DNA of 64,000 nucleotides from Nitrosospira sp. (lineage in GTDB: Bacteria; Pseudomonadota; Gammaproteobacteria; Burkholderiales; Nitrosomonadaceae), in assembly GCA_039922995.1 (NCBI GenBank), contig JBDTDT010000045.1, positions 16,657 through 80,656 on the forward strand, read 5' to 3'. Below are positions 31,947 to 42,778 of this stretch, piece after piece. The notes under the pieces were generated by a model. It had not been told where the DNA came from, ran no database searches, and saw only the letters and a list, made by a program, of their open reading frames with translations. Both the position numbers and the translations under genes were made by a program. How positions within the stretch are numbered: position 1 is the first letter of the stretch; the number at the start of each line of letters is the position of its first letter.

Positions 31947-33128
31947 ATGGAAGTTATTTCTCAAGTAAATCCCCCGTCACGTACTCATCGTCGACCGAGA
32001 ATCACGATGATTGGCGCATTGGTGGTTGTATTGGTTGCGGGCGTATGGGTCTGGCGCAGCCAGGTTGGCACGACAGATGCGATGCCCAAGAAAAAGGACA
32101 AGGTGGTTCACGTCGTAACTGCCGTGGTCAAGCAAACCAACGTATCCGTCATGCTTACGGCGAATGGGAAAGTATCTCCGCAGCAAACGGTCGCGGTGCG
32201 GCCGCAACTCAGCGCCGTGATCAGATCGGTGCATATCCAGGAAGGGCAATTCGTACGCCAGGGAGAAAGATTGTTCACGCTCGACGCGCGTACCGAAGAT
32301 GCCAATCTCAGCAGAACGGAGGGGCAGTTGGCCAAATCCCGAGCCGATCTGAGAAATGCCGAGCGTAACCTCAAGCGTCAGCGCGAGTTGTTTCAGCAGC
32401 AGTTTATTTCAGAGGCTGCGCTTGAGGTAGCGCAGAATCAGGTCGATAGCCTGCGCGGCCAGTTCGCGGTTGATGAGGCAACCGTACGGGCAACGCGTGT
32501 TGCGCGTGGTTTCAGCGAAATCCTGGCGCCCATTTCCGGCCGTACGGGTGCTATTGCGGTGTATCAAGGCAGCCTGGTGCAACCGGATGAAGCCTTGGTG
32601 AATATCACGCAAATTGATCCGATCAATGTCAGTTTTAACCTGCCGGAGCGGGAATTTGTGCCTTTGCAAGAGGCACTCGCCAAGGGCGAAGTGGCTGTCA
32701 ACGTCGAGCCGGACGGGACCGGCGGGTCGATCCGAAAGGGACGGTTGATATTTATCGATAATGCCGTGGATACGGCAAGCGGCACGATTGCCCTGAAAGC
32801 AGAGTTTCCCAATGCGGACAGCCACCTCTGGCCGGGTATGTTCGTAAAAGTAACGCTCGCGCCGCGTACGCTGAACGGCGCATTCACGGTTCCGGTACAA
32901 GCTGTCCAGAACGGCCCGGAAAGAAAGTTTCTTTATGTAATCGATAATAATAACAAGACAAGTTCTCGCCCTGTCGAAGTGCGTTTGATTCAGAATGAAT
33001 ATGCTGTGATAGAGGGAAAGTCCATCGTCCCCGGTATGCGTGTTGTGGTGGAGGGTGCGCAGAATGTGCGCCCCGGCAGTGTGGTAACGGAGGCTACGGA
33101 TGGAAGTGGCGACGCTGACGAAGGATGA
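31947..33128 (+). CDS. RND efflux membrane fusion protein (MdtA-like)
   Basis: N-terminal TM; ILAPISGRTG, ITQIDPINVSF, FIDNAVDTASGTI, LWPGMFV. Confidence 0.92.
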   Translation: MEVISQVNPPSRTHRRPRITMIGALVVVLVAGVWVWRSQVGTTDAMPKKKDKVVHVVTAVVKQTNVSVMLTANGKVSPQQTVAVRPQLSAVIRSVHIQEGQFVRQGERLFTLDARTEDANLSRTEGQLAKSRADLRNAERNLKRQRELFQQQFISEAALEVAQNQVDSLRGQFAVDEATVRATRVARGFSEILAPISGRTGAIAVYQGSLVQPDEALVNITQIDPINVSFNLPEREFVPLQEALAKGEVAVNVEPDGTGGSIRKGRLIFIDNAVDTASGTIALKAEFPNADSHLWPGMFVKVTLAPRTLNGAFTVPVQAVQNGPERKFLYVIDNNNKTSSRPVEVRLIQNEYAVIEGKSIVPGMRVVVEGAQNVRPGSVVTEATDGSGDADEG

Positions 33129-33195
33129 GGGCAGCAGCGTATCCGGGCCGCCCGGCCAGGGTCGGCAAGTGGATCGACTGGGCAGCGAATAGCCA

Positions 33196-36100
33196 ATGAA
33201 TCTCTCCGAGCTATGCATTCGCCGCCCGATTATGACGGTGCTCTTATCCGCTTCCGCGGTGGTCGCCGGTATCATTGCGTACGGCGATTTGCCGATCGCC
33301 GCACTGCCGAGTTACGACTCGCCCACAATTACCGTAAGTGCAGCGCTACCGGGCGCGAGCCCCGAGACGATGGCTTCCTCTGTGGCTACGCCACTCGAAA
33401 GGCAATTTTCGACCATCTCCGGTCTTTCGGTGATCAGTTCGGCAAGTACCCTCGGCAATACCACCATCACCCTGGAGTTCGAACAGGACCGCGATATCGA
33501 CAGTGCCTCCATAGATGTTCAGGCGGCATTATTGCGTGCTCAGCGGGCCTTGCCGACGGAAATGACCACGCCGCCGTCCTACCGCAAGATCAATCCGGCC
33601 GATGCACCCATCCTCTTTCTTACCCTGACATCCCCGTCAATGTCGCTACCGGATTTGAACAGTTTTGCCGAGGATCTTATTTCTCCGACATTATCCACGA
33701 TTACTGGTGTGGCACAGGTTCAGATCAATGGCCAGAAAAAATATGCCGTACGCGTGCGTGTGAACGCCGAAGCGCTCGCAGTCCGCAATTTGACGCTCGA
33801 TGATATTGCCGCCGCGCTGCGTACCGCAAACGCCAACTCTCCGATCGGCACGCTTGAGGGGCCGCGCCAGACACTTACTATCCAGGCGAATCGACAACTC
33901 AGCAATGCGACTGAGTTTTCGAAACTGATCGTCGCGACATCCCCGCTCGGCAATCCGGTACAACTCTCCGAGGTGGCGGAGGTTGAAGATAGTATCGAAT
34001 CCGTAAAAACAGGGAGCTGGGTTAATGGCGAACGGGCGATCACCCTCTCCGTCCAGCGCCAGCCGGGGGCCAATACCGTTTCCACTGTCGACGCCATCAA
34101 GGCAGCAATTCCAGAATTGGTCGCCCAGATGCCGTCATCCATCCAGCTTAAGCTGGTCAGTGACCGCTCAGTTTCAATCCGGGAATCCATCCACGATGTG
34201 CAGGTTACATTGGCGATAACCATTGCCCTCGTCTTATTGGTGATTTTCCTGTTCCTGCGCAAGGCTTCCGCTACATTGATTCCGGCGGTTACGTTACCGA
34301 TTTCATTGCTGGGAACTGTAGCGATGATGCGCGTTTTCGATTACAGCCTTGATAATATTTCGTTGCTGGCCATCACGCTTGCGGTGGGGTTGGTGGTGGA
34401 TGACGCTATCGTAGTGCTCGAAAATATCGTACGCCACATCGAAAAGGGCATGGCGCCTCTGCAGGCCGCATTGCAGGGCTCAAAGGAAGTCAGCTTTACC
34501 ATCATCTCGATTTCCCTGTCGCTAGTCGCGGTTTTTATCCCGATTTTTTTCATGCCGGGCGTAATTGGCCTCCTTTTTCACGAGTTTGCCGCCGTCGTCG
34601 GAATTGCCGTCCTGATGTCGGCGGTGGTGTCGCTCACATTGGTTCCCGTAATGACCAGCCGCTATATTACCGGGCATGAGTCGGAAGGGTTCAGCCTGAG
34701 ATGGACCGAGTGGTTCGAGCGCGGATTTGCAAAAGTATTGGCGGCTTATGAACGCATACTTGATTTGGCGTTGCATCATCGCCGCATTGTGCTGGGTATT
34801 GCCATTGGGACCTTCGTTGCCACGGGCGTATTATTCGTGATCCTGCCCAAAGGTTTTTTTCCTACCGAGGATATCGGTCAGGCGCTGATCACGGTGGAGG
34901 CGGTTGAGGATATTTCATTTCCCGCCATGACCGAATTGTTGCAGCGTACGGGCGATGTGATTCGCGAGAATCCTGCAGTCGATACGTTGATTGTCAACGC
35001 CAGCGATAGCAATAGCGCCCGGCTGTTCATGACGCTCAAGCCACGCAGCGAGCGCCCACCCCTCGACAAGATCATCGAGAGCCTGCGTCGTGATGTGAGC
35101 GTTATCCCCGGTGTAAGCGTCTTCATAAATCCTATTCAGAATCTCAGGCTCGGTGGCCGTACCAGCAAGAGCCGCTATCAATATGTCATGCGCAGCGTGC
35201 GTGCCGAAGGGTTGCGTGTCTCGGCCGACGGCCTTATGTCGCGCATGCGCGAAGAGCCTATTTTTCGCGATGTCACCAGCGACTCGCAATTGAAAGGACT
35301 GCAGGCAAGGCTCGATATCGATCGCGACAAAGTCAACCTGCTGGGTGTGCAGATGGGCGATATCCGTTCCGCGCTCTATAGCGCTTTCGGCGAACGTCAG
35401 GTCTCAACCATCTATACTTCAACCGACAGCTATCAGGTTATTCTTCAAGTCAGCGCCGAAGATCGCGCCGATGAAAGTGCTTTCAACAAAATCTATCTGC
35501 GCACCAAGAATGGCCTGCTGGTTCCCCTCTCCAGCGTTGCGTCAGTCAAACGCGAGGTTGGACCGATTGCAATCAATCATGCGGGGCAACTCGAAGCGTT
35601 GACGATTTCGTTCAATCTTGCGCCGGGTGCGTCCTTGGGCGATGCTTCGGCCCGTATCGACCAGTACAAGCGCGAACTGAATCTTCCGACGAGCGTTCTG
35701 ACCAACTATGCGGGAGATGCGGCGGCATTCCAGTCTTCGCAGGCGAGCCAGGTGGTATTGATTATCGCTGCACTGCTGGTGATCTATGTACTGCTCGGCG
35801 TGCTGTATGAGAGCTATATCCACCCTCTCACGATTCTTTCCGGGCTGCCTTCTGCGGCAGTGGGTGCACTGGCAATGCTGTGGCTGTTCAATATGGAATT
35901 ATCCATCATAGCGATGATCGGTATCCTGATGCTGATCGGCATTGTCAAGAAGAATGCCATCATGATGATCGACTTTGCGCTCGATGCGGAGCGCGATGAC
36001 GGTATGGCGCCGTACGATGCGATCCGGACCGCTTGCCTCCTGCGTTTTCGGCCGATCATGATGACTACTCTGGCTGCCTTGATGGGCGCGCTTCCCATCG

Positions 36101-36282
36101 CGCTCGGATTGGGGGCAGGTGCCGAGCTGCGCCAGCCGCTGGGCCTTGCCGTGGTGGGGGGATTGTTATTTTCGCAGGTGATCACACTTTTCATTACACC
36201 GGTAATCTATCTTTATCTGAATCGCTTTTCAGGCAGCGGACCGCTCAAGCTTGAAACGGATCGGGAATCGGGACATCCTTAA
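33196..36282 (+). CDS. RND efflux transporter permease (MdtB/C-like)
   Basis: IRRPI, ASPETMASSVATPLERQF, GLVVDDAIVVLENI, GIVKKNAIMMIDFA, RFRPIMMTT. Confidence 0.94.
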   Translation: MNLSELCIRRPIMTVLLSASAVVAGIIAYGDLPIAALPSYDSPTITVSAALPGASPETMASSVATPLERQFSTISGLSVISSASTLGNTTITLEFEQDRDIDSASIDVQAALLRAQRALPTEMTTPPSYRKINPADAPILFLTLTSPSMSLPDLNSFAEDLISPTLSTITGVAQVQINGQKKYAVRVRVNAEALAVRNLTLDDIAAALRTANANSPIGTLEGPRQTLTIQANRQLSNATEFSKLIVATSPLGNPVQLSEVAEVEDSIESVKTGSWVNGERAITLSVQRQPGANTVSTVDAIKAAIPELVAQMPSSIQLKLVSDRSVSIRESIHDVQVTLAITIALVLLVIFLFLRKASATLIPAVTLPISLLGTVAMMRVFDYSLDNISLLAITLAVGLVVDDAIVVLENIVRHIEKGMAPLQAALQGSKEVSFTIISISLSLVAVFIPIFFMPGVIGLLFHEFAAVVGIAVLMSAVVSLTLVPVMTSRYITGHESEGFSLRWTEWFERGFAKVLAAYERILDLALHHRRIVLGIAIGTFVATGVLFVILPKGFFPTEDIGQALITVEAVEDISFPAMTELLQRTGDVIRENPAVDTLIVNASDSNSARLFMTLKPRSERPPLDKIIESLRRDVSVIPGVSVFINPIQNLRLGGRTSKSRYQYVMRSVRAEGLRVSADGLMSRMREEPIFRDVTSDSQLKGLQARLDIDRDKVNLLGVQMGDIRSALYSAFGERQVSTIYTSTDSYQVILQVSAEDRADESAFNKIYLRTKNGLLVPLSSVASVKREVGPIAINHAGQLEALTISFNLAPGASLGDASARIDQYKRELNLPTSVLTNYAGDAAAFQSSQASQVVLIIAALLVIYVLLGVLYESYIHPLTILSGLPSAAVGALAMLWLFNMELSIIAMIGILMLIGIVKKNAIMMIDFALDAERDDGMAPYDAIRTACLLRFRPIMMTTLAALMGALPIALGLGAGAELRQPLGLAVVGGLLFSQVITLFITPVIYLYLNRFSGSGPLKLETDRESGHP

Positions 36283-36567
36283 GAATCGCTGTCGGTCCGT
36301 GCCGGGTCGATGCGCACGGTAACTCCCTCGAAATAGGAAGGGGATATTCCAGGCTTGCAGGTTATGGCCGGGATTCACCTTTCCCGCAGTAATAGCTGCA
36401 AGCGCCCCACTTGCAGGTTCTTGGCGCTGTAAATCTGGATGCCGGCCCGGCTTTTGATGTCCTGGTGCGCGTGACATCGCTTAAAATTCCCGCATGTGCC
36501 CTGTATAAATACCGATATTTCGGACAACCGTGTATCGGATCGACATTTGTATCTATAGAATGTTTTC

Positions 36568-39072
36568 ATGAATATTATCGGACTTTCTTTCCGCATGCTT
36601 CGCCGCGACTGGCGGGCAGGCGAATTACGCGTACTCGCCTTTGCGCTGGTGATCGCGGTGGGCGGCATGACTACGGTAGGGTTTTTCGCCGACCGGGTGC
36701 AGTTGGCGCTTTCCCGCCAGGGCAACCAGTTGCTCGGCGCAGACCTGATCGTTTTTGCTGACCATCCGCTGTCCCCGCAATATGCGGAGGAGGCGAAGCG
36801 GCTTGGGCTGAATGTTTCCACCGCGCTTAAATTTCCCAGTATGGCGGCAAAGGGAGAAAGCAGCCTCTTGACAGAGATCAAGGCGGTGACTGCCGGTTAT
36901 CCCTTGCGGGGTGAATTGCGTATCAGCGAGGATTTCGGCAATGTGGCTTCGGCACGGATTACGCGTATCGCTAATGCAATTCCGGCGCCGGGATCGGCGT
37001 GGGTAGATGAAAAGCTCATGATTCGCCTTGCCATTAATCGGGGTGACACGATTGAGCTCGGCTCGGCACATTTTACGGTTACCGCGCTCATAACCCAGGA
37101 GCCGGACTATTCCATTGGTTTTATCAATCTGCGGCCCCGCATCCTGATCAACGAGATCGATCTGCCTGCGACCGGGCTGGTGCAGCAAGGTAGCCGGATT
37201 GGCTACCGGCTGCTGGTCTCGGGGGATTCCGGGCAGGTGGAAAATTTCCGGATATGGGCTCAATCGCGTTTGACGCTGGGAGAAAGAATCGAAGGCATAC
37301 GCGATGCACGGCCTGAAATAAAGGCGGCGCTGGAGCGGGCAGAGAAATTTCTCAGTCTGGCCGCCCTGGCAAGCGTGGTTCTGGCTGCTGCTGCGGCAGC
37401 GCTTGCCGTGCGCCGATTCACGCAGCGCCATCTCGATGGCTGTGCCGTGATGCGTTGTCTCGGCGCAAGCCAGTCGGCGATGCTGCGCCTTTATCTGTGC
37501 CATTTCGCCACGCTGGGCCTGATTGCCAGCGGAGCAGGCTGCCTGCTCGGTTTTGTCGCACAGCAAGCGCTGGCTTTCTGGCTTTCGGGATTGGTGGATG
37601 CAGAATTGCCCTGGCCTAGTGTGTGGCCTGCCGTGCACGGGCTGCTGACCGGGCTGGTGTTATTGTTGGGTTTTGCGTTGCCGCCCTTGCTCAATTTGCG
37701 GAGTGTGCCTGCATTGCGCGTATTGCGCCGAGACATCGGAGCGTCGAATGCCCACAGTTTGACGGGCTATGCGCTGGGCCTCGCAGCGTTGTTAGTATTA
37801 TTCCTGTGGAAAGCTGGCGACGTGCGTCTGGGTGCTTCGGTCATGGGAGGATTCGCCGCGGCGATAACGGTTTTCGGTTCACTGGGGTTTTTGCTGGTAA
37901 AAGCCTTGTCACATATACGAGGTCAGACGGGGGGTGCTTTGCGCTATGGATTGGCAAGCATCCGGCGGCGTGCCACTTCCAGCGTAGTCCAGGCGGTGGC
38001 ACTGGGATTGGGGCTGATGGCACTGCTGGCGTTGACGCTGATCCGGGACGATTTGCTGCAGAACTGGCGCACCAGTTTGCCACCGGATGCCCCCGATCAT
38101 TTCTTGGTAAATATTCAGGAAGACCAGTTGAAGCCGCTGGCAGCCTTTTTTTTACAGCATCGGATCGCTCAGCCGCCGATTTTTCCAATGGTTCGCGGAC
38201 GCCTGACAGCGATCAACGGCAATGCCATTGCGGCGGAAGGGTATTCCGATATCCGCGCAAGGCGGCTGGTTGAGCGTGAATTCAACCTGTCGTGGGCGGA
38301 GCAAATGCAGAGCGACAACCAGATTATCGAAGGCCACTGGTGGAAAAACGAGGATAAAGGAAAAGCGGTAATGTCGATGGAGGAGGGCATAGCGAAAACA
38401 GTAGGGGTTAATCTTGGAGACACGCTGACTTTCGATGTGGCGGGCAGTACGTTTTCCGCCAAGATCACCAGCCTGAGAAAGGTGGACTGGGACACGTTTC
38501 GTGTCAATTTTTTCGTGGTGATGCCACCTGGCATTCTGGAAAAGTATCCGGCCACTTACATCACCAGTTTTCACCTGCCGCCGGAACGCATGGAAGTGAC
38601 AAATCAGCTGATCAAAGCTTTTCCAAATCTGCTTGTAATAGATGTGGCGACCATCATCAGTCAAGTCCACAAAGTGATTGAGCAAGTGGCCAAGGCGATT
38701 GAATTTGTTTTCCTGTTCACATTATTGGCAGGATTGGCGGTGCTATACGCCGCGATTGCCTCTACTCAGGATGAGCGTATTCAAGAGGCCGCCATATTTC
38801 GTACATTAGGGGCAAGGCGTGGGCAATTGGCGCGCGCCTGGGCGGCTGAATTCGCCATACTCGGCGGACTGGCTGGTCTTTTCGCCGCGGCAGGCGCCAG
38901 TGCGCTGGGCTATGTGATTGGTGAGTATGCGTTGAATTTGACCTACACTTTCAATGCGTCGATATGGGTAACCGGCCTCTTTTCGGGGATGATAGGGGTT
39001 ACCGTCGCTGGGCTCATGGGAACGCGCTCCGCACTTTCAACACCCCCACTCATGACATTGCGGAAAATTTAA
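36568..39072 (+). CDS. ybbP: ABC transporter permease (YbbP type, FtsX-like)
   Basis: RRDWRAGEL, LLGADL, YPLRG, REFNLSW, RKVDW..F.VNFF. Confidence 0.88.
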   Translation: MNIIGLSFRMLRRDWRAGELRVLAFALVIAVGGMTTVGFFADRVQLALSRQGNQLLGADLIVFADHPLSPQYAEEAKRLGLNVSTALKFPSMAAKGESSLLTEIKAVTAGYPLRGELRISEDFGNVASARITRIANAIPAPGSAWVDEKLMIRLAINRGDTIELGSAHFTVTALITQEPDYSIGFINLRPRILINEIDLPATGLVQQGSRIGYRLLVSGDSGQVENFRIWAQSRLTLGERIEGIRDARPEIKAALERAEKFLSLAALASVVLAAAAAALAVRRFTQRHLDGCAVMRCLGASQSAMLRLYLCHFATLGLIASGAGCLLGFVAQQALAFWLSGLVDAELPWPSVWPAVHGLLTGLVLLLGFALPPLLNLRSVPALRVLRRDIGASNAHSLTGYALGLAALLVLFLWKAGDVRLGASVMGGFAAAITVFGSLGFLLVKALSHIRGQTGGALRYGLASIRRRATSSVVQAVALGLGLMALLALTLIRDDLLQNWRTSLPPDAPDHFLVNIQEDQLKPLAAFFLQHRIAQPPIFPMVRGRLTAINGNAIAAEGYSDIRARRLVEREFNLSWAEQMQSDNQIIEGHWWKNEDKGKAVMSMEEGIAKTVGVNLGDTLTFDVAGSTFSAKITSLRKVDWDTFRVNFFVVMPPGILEKYPATYITSFHLPPERMEVTNQLIKAFPNLLVIDVATIISQVHKVIEQVAKAIEFVFLFTLLAGLAVLYAAIASTQDERIQEAAIFRTLGARRGQLARAWAAEFAILGGLAGLFAAAGASALGYVIGEYALNLTYTFNASIWVTGLFSGMIGVTVAGLMGTRSALSTPPLMTLRKI

Positions 39073-39187
39073 CCTGAATCCGACCCGGTAGCGAATTCAT
39101 CCGAAGGGTGAACTCCAAGTTTGAAAAACTCTTTGTGGACCAATTTTTTTAAACAGAAGATGAACGGTCAACTGCCGGATTCAGGGT
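39071..39187. repeat. Short inverted-repeat-bounded element, family C, filling the ybbP-dinB gap
   Basis: CCTGAATCCG (39073-39082) / CGGATTCAGG (39176-39185); 17-mer CAACTGCCGGATTCAGG recurs at 53304-53320. Confidence 0.6.
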
Positions 39188-40367
39188 GATGTGTCGGCGA
39201 ATTGCTCATCTTGATATGGACGCTTTCTATGCGTCGGTCGAGTTGCTGCGCTACCCGGAACTGCACGGGTTTCCTGTGGTGATCGGCGGACGGAGCGATC
39301 AGCAACCGGCGTTCCTCAAAAATGGAAAACGGGTTTTCGCACGGATGCGGGATTATGCCGGACGGGGCGTGGTGACTACGGCTACTTACGAAGCCCGCGT
39401 TTTCGGAATCTCTTCCGGCATGGGTCTCATGAAAGCCGCACAATTGGCTCCCGACGCGATCTTGCTGCCTGCCGACTTCCGGGCCTATCGCCATTACTCA
39501 CAGCTATTTAAAGCCGCCGTCGCCGGAATTTCCCCCTGCATCGAAAACCATGGCATCGATGAGATCTACATCGACTTAAGCGAACTGGGCGATGAGACGC
39601 TGACGCTTGCCCGAAAGATCAAGCAGGCGGTACGGGACGCTACCGGCCTTTCTTGTTCCATCGGCGTGGCACCCAACAAGCTCTTATCGAAAATCTGCTC
39701 AGACCTTGAAAAACCGGATGGGCTCACCATCCTGAGCCTGGCAGATATCTCAACCCGAATCTGGCCTTTACCTGTCAAAAGAATTAACGGCATTGGCCCG
39801 AAAGCAACTCAAAGACTCGCGGTACTCGGCATCAACACCATCGCTGACCTGGCGCAAGCGGACGTTGCCTTTCTGCAAACGCACTTCAGCCGCTCCTATG
39901 TCTGCTGGCTCCGAGAGGTCTCTCACGGCATCGATAAAAGGCCGGTAATCACGAACGCGGAGCCCAAGTCGATCAGCCGGGAAACCACTTTTGAGCGGGA
40001 TCTCCATCCTCGCCAGGACCGGACTATCCTCTCAGGAATCTTTACGGCGCTTTGCATGGGTGTGGCGACAGACCTTCAGCGCAGAAATTACCTTGGCCGG
40101 ACCATCGGCATCAAGCTGCGTTATGCGGACTTTCGCACCGTAACGCGCGACATCACTTTACCCTTTCCTACTGCTGACGCCGCTACGATTCGTCGCGCAG
40201 CTGAAGACTGCTTGCGGCGCGTGTCGCTGAATCGGAAACTAAGGCTGCTGGGCGTGCGGGCAAGCGCCCTATCTTCAAGTCCTAGCGTTTCGCAAGATAC
40301 CGGTGAATCGCACCAAAGGGAGCTGCCGCTAGTTGTATCAACGCATCAGATTGACCAGCATCGGTAA
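39186..40367 (+). CDS. dinB: DNA polymerase IV (Y family)
   Basis: HLDMDAFYASVE, TATYEAR, GIDEIY, DLEKPDG, KSISRETTF. Confidence 0.95.
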   Translation: MMCRRIAHLDMDAFYASVELLRYPELHGFPVVIGGRSDQQPAFLKNGKRVFARMRDYAGRGVVTTATYEARVFGISSGMGLMKAAQLAPDAILLPADFRAYRHYSQLFKAAVAGISPCIENHGIDEIYIDLSELGDETLTLARKIKQAVRDATGLSCSIGVAPNKLLSKICSDLEKPDGLTILSLADISTRIWPLPVKRINGIGPKATQRLAVLGINTIADLAQADVAFLQTHFSRSYVCWLREVSHGIDKRPVITNAEPKSISRETTFERDLHPRQDRTILSGIFTALCMGVATDLQRRNYLGRTIGIKLRYADFRTVTRDITLPFPTADAATIRRAAEDCLRRVSLNRKLRLLGVRASALSSSPSVSQDTGESHQRELPLVVSTHQIDQHR

Positions 40368-40466
40368 AAAAAAGCGCGGGGGTTCTTGAGAGGCACAAAT
40401 AAAATCAGGTGCTTGCGGGAGGGGATGCCGCTCTCTTACGTTGCTGTTTGCAGCTGCTTGCTCAAC

Positions 40467-40757
40467 TCAGGGATTCCGGTTTTTGCGCAGCCAGCGAAAA
40501 AAGAATACGTAAATAAAGGCCGGGACGAACGGAAGAATCCACGGGAACATCTGCGCAAGCCATGCGGCATAGAAACTGTTCATGTGGCGAGCCTTGGCCG
40601 AAGTGCACGCTTCCGCGGCAGGCAGGCGGCAGGCAAGTTCGATCTCAAGAGACACCTGTGCATGCGCGCGCCAGAGCCAATACGCCATTGATGCCGCAAA
40701 AATGATCAGCAACGCCGTAAATAAAGTTACGCCGCTTTTTTGTCGCACTGGTTGCAT
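40467..40757 (-). CDS. Hypothetical two-TM membrane protein
   Basis: Two hydrophobic segments flanking a loop with two Cys; basic C-terminus; start uncertain. Confidence 0.45.
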   Translation of the reverse strand: MQPVRQKSGVTLFTALLIIFAASMAYWLWRAHAQVSLEIELACRLPAAEACTSAKARHMNSFYAAWLAQMFPWILPFVPAFIYVFFFRWLRKNRNP

Positions 40758-41033
40758 TTTTCCCACTCCCGCAAGGGAAGCTCGTTGAAGGACAGGAAAT
40801 TTATTGGGTTTATCGGCGGAGAGAAAACCAGTGAATCCGGTAATGCAACCTCGCCCCGGCCGAATGATGGGCTCCGGGTGAAATGTTGTCAAGCAGGATG
40901 CCGGCACGATCTGTGGGATAGGGAATGAATGTGTGTATTGGACAGCTAAAATATCCAGGACCTTAACAGGCCCGAGTGAAGATCCGGCGCTGATGTTGCG
41001 ATCCACACCGGCAGCGTTTATGGGCGTAGAAGT

Positions 41034-42686
41034 TCAGGCGTTGCGAAAGCGTGTGTGCTTGACTAACAGGATGGCCAGCAGCGGAAGTATAAAGCCGATT
41101 ACTGTCACGATAATCAGCAGCGAGCCAAGATCACTATAATCAGCCGGGATGGTGATTTGGCCGGTTGCAGGGTCTTTCACTTCGCGGGTGACCACGAACC
41201 ACTGGTTCACATACTTGGTCGCAAGCTGCGAGGCTGACAGCGCTAGATTGGTGAAGGAAGCCATTACCGCGAAGAACGTGGCCTTCAGCTTTTCCGGCGC
41301 GGAATTGGCGATCCATGCCAGCATCGGAATCATGGCAATCTGGCCTAAAGGGGATTCCAGTGCGGTATCGATAAGGGCAATAAATCGCGCATCCACGACA
41401 CCACCCGTAAGAGAAGCGGTCCATTCATGCAGGCCGTAGTACATGCCGACAATAGGCAGCGACAGAATGGTTCCGGCGATGGTAAGCGCGCCGACGATGT
41501 AAGCAATCGAACGTTCCGCCATGAAGCGCCGGAAGATGAACATTCCGGCGAGGGTGAGGGCGGCACCGACCAGTGACAATATCGCAAGGAACTGCTGGTC
41601 GAACCCCAATTGGTCGATCATCCACCATGTCGAGCCGGCGCCCGGGCCGGGTACCGCGCGAAACACAAAGATTACAATCGCCGTGCCCACCAGCGTATTG
41701 CGTGCTGCGGGCTCAAGCTCGCCAGTCAAACGCCACATCAGAAACAGCACAATCGCCATGGATACGCAAAAAACAATTTCCTCCCCCCCAGGCGTGCGGC
41801 TGAGGCCGACACTCAGCGAGACTGCGGTAAAAGCCAACCCACCACCGAGAATCCACCAGTTGACCGGCGGGGGCTCGCTGTAGCTGCCCAGCAGTGCTTC
41901 ACTTTCTTCACGGCTATGCCCCCGGGCAATAAGCCGTGTCAGGTCGCGCCGCCGCAGCCAGGTGGCAAACAAAACACCAAATACCGAAACCAGCGGAATT
42001 ATCAAGGCAAGTTCGTAGACGAACAGGTATGTGGCTGCCTTCTCTGTTTCCGGTAATTCCCCAACCCCATGCAAAAGAAAAACATTCGCCACGGATACCA
42101 GAACGCCACCGCTAATAATGGCAACGCGCCCAAGGGTCTGCATGGTGACGTGCATGGATTTGCGATTCTCGGGTGGCAGCGGCTGCCCCTGCTCGCCCAC
42201 CCTCGGCACGGCTTCGACCGTCATGGCATCCGCAACGACGTCCTGGAGCACATAACCGATGGGTGCGAGTAATGCAGCGGTTACGTACCAGGCTTCCACG
42301 GTAGCCATGGCGCGCATCGCGTCGGTATGGCCGAGCAGCCCGATCATGATCAGCAGGCTCAGCGTGATAAGACACGCGCCCAGATATACGAGCAGGCTCT
42401 TCCAGCGCCATACCAGATCCACCAGATGACCGAGCGGCATCTTCAACGCCCATGGCAGCATCATCCAGAATCCGAGCGCCGCCAGAAACTCGGCAGAGAG
42501 CCCCAGCCGTTCCTTGACGTAAAATGTGCCAACGATTCCCGTAAGGCCGGAAATGCCGGCGGCGGCATAAACCATGAGTGGAGGCAGATACGACAGCCGC
42601 ATTTCCCGCCCCAGCGCGAAGATGTTGGCATCAAGCCAGCGGCCTAGCAGGGAAAGGAATCCGGTAGCGGGTGCTGCGTTCGTCAT
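41034..42686 (-). CDS. MFS-like transporter, probably BT1 (folate-biopterin) family
   Basis: About 12 TM; LPWALKMPLG, QDVVADAMTVE, ATFFAVMASFTN. Confidence 0.75.
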   Translation of the reverse strand: MTNAAPATGFLSLLGRWLDANIFALGREMRLSYLPPLMVYAAAGISGLTGIVGTFYVKERLGLSAEFLAALGFWMMLPWALKMPLGHLVDLVWRWKSLLVYLGACLITLSLLIMIGLLGHTDAMRAMATVEAWYVTAALLAPIGYVLQDVVADAMTVEAVPRVGEQGQPLPPENRKSMHVTMQTLGRVAIISGGVLVSVANVFLLHGVGELPETEKAATYLFVYELALIIPLVSVFGVLFATWLRRRDLTRLIARGHSREESEALLGSYSEPPPVNWWILGGGLAFTAVSLSVGLSRTPGGEEIVFCVSMAIVLFLMWRLTGELEPAARNTLVGTAIVIFVFRAVPGPGAGSTWWMIDQLGFDQQFLAILSLVGAALTLAGMFIFRRFMAERSIAYIVGALTIAGTILSLPIVGMYYGLHEWTASLTGGVVDARFIALIDTALESPLGQIAMIPMLAWIANSAPEKLKATFFAVMASFTNLALSASQLATKYVNQWFVVTREVKDPATGQITIPADYSDLGSLLIIVTVIGFILPLLAILLVKHTRFRNA

Positions 42687-42778
42687 AACAATGATGTTCT
42701 CATGTCCATTTATCGGATAGGTGCCAGTTGCGAGTCTGCGGAACGCTGGTCCCGGCTTCCACCTGGTAAATGATCGGC

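Noticed and set aside
36625-37638. Long antisense ORFs (337 aa here, 288 aa at 32409-33275, others)
   Set aside because: Shadow frames of well-supported GC-rich genes
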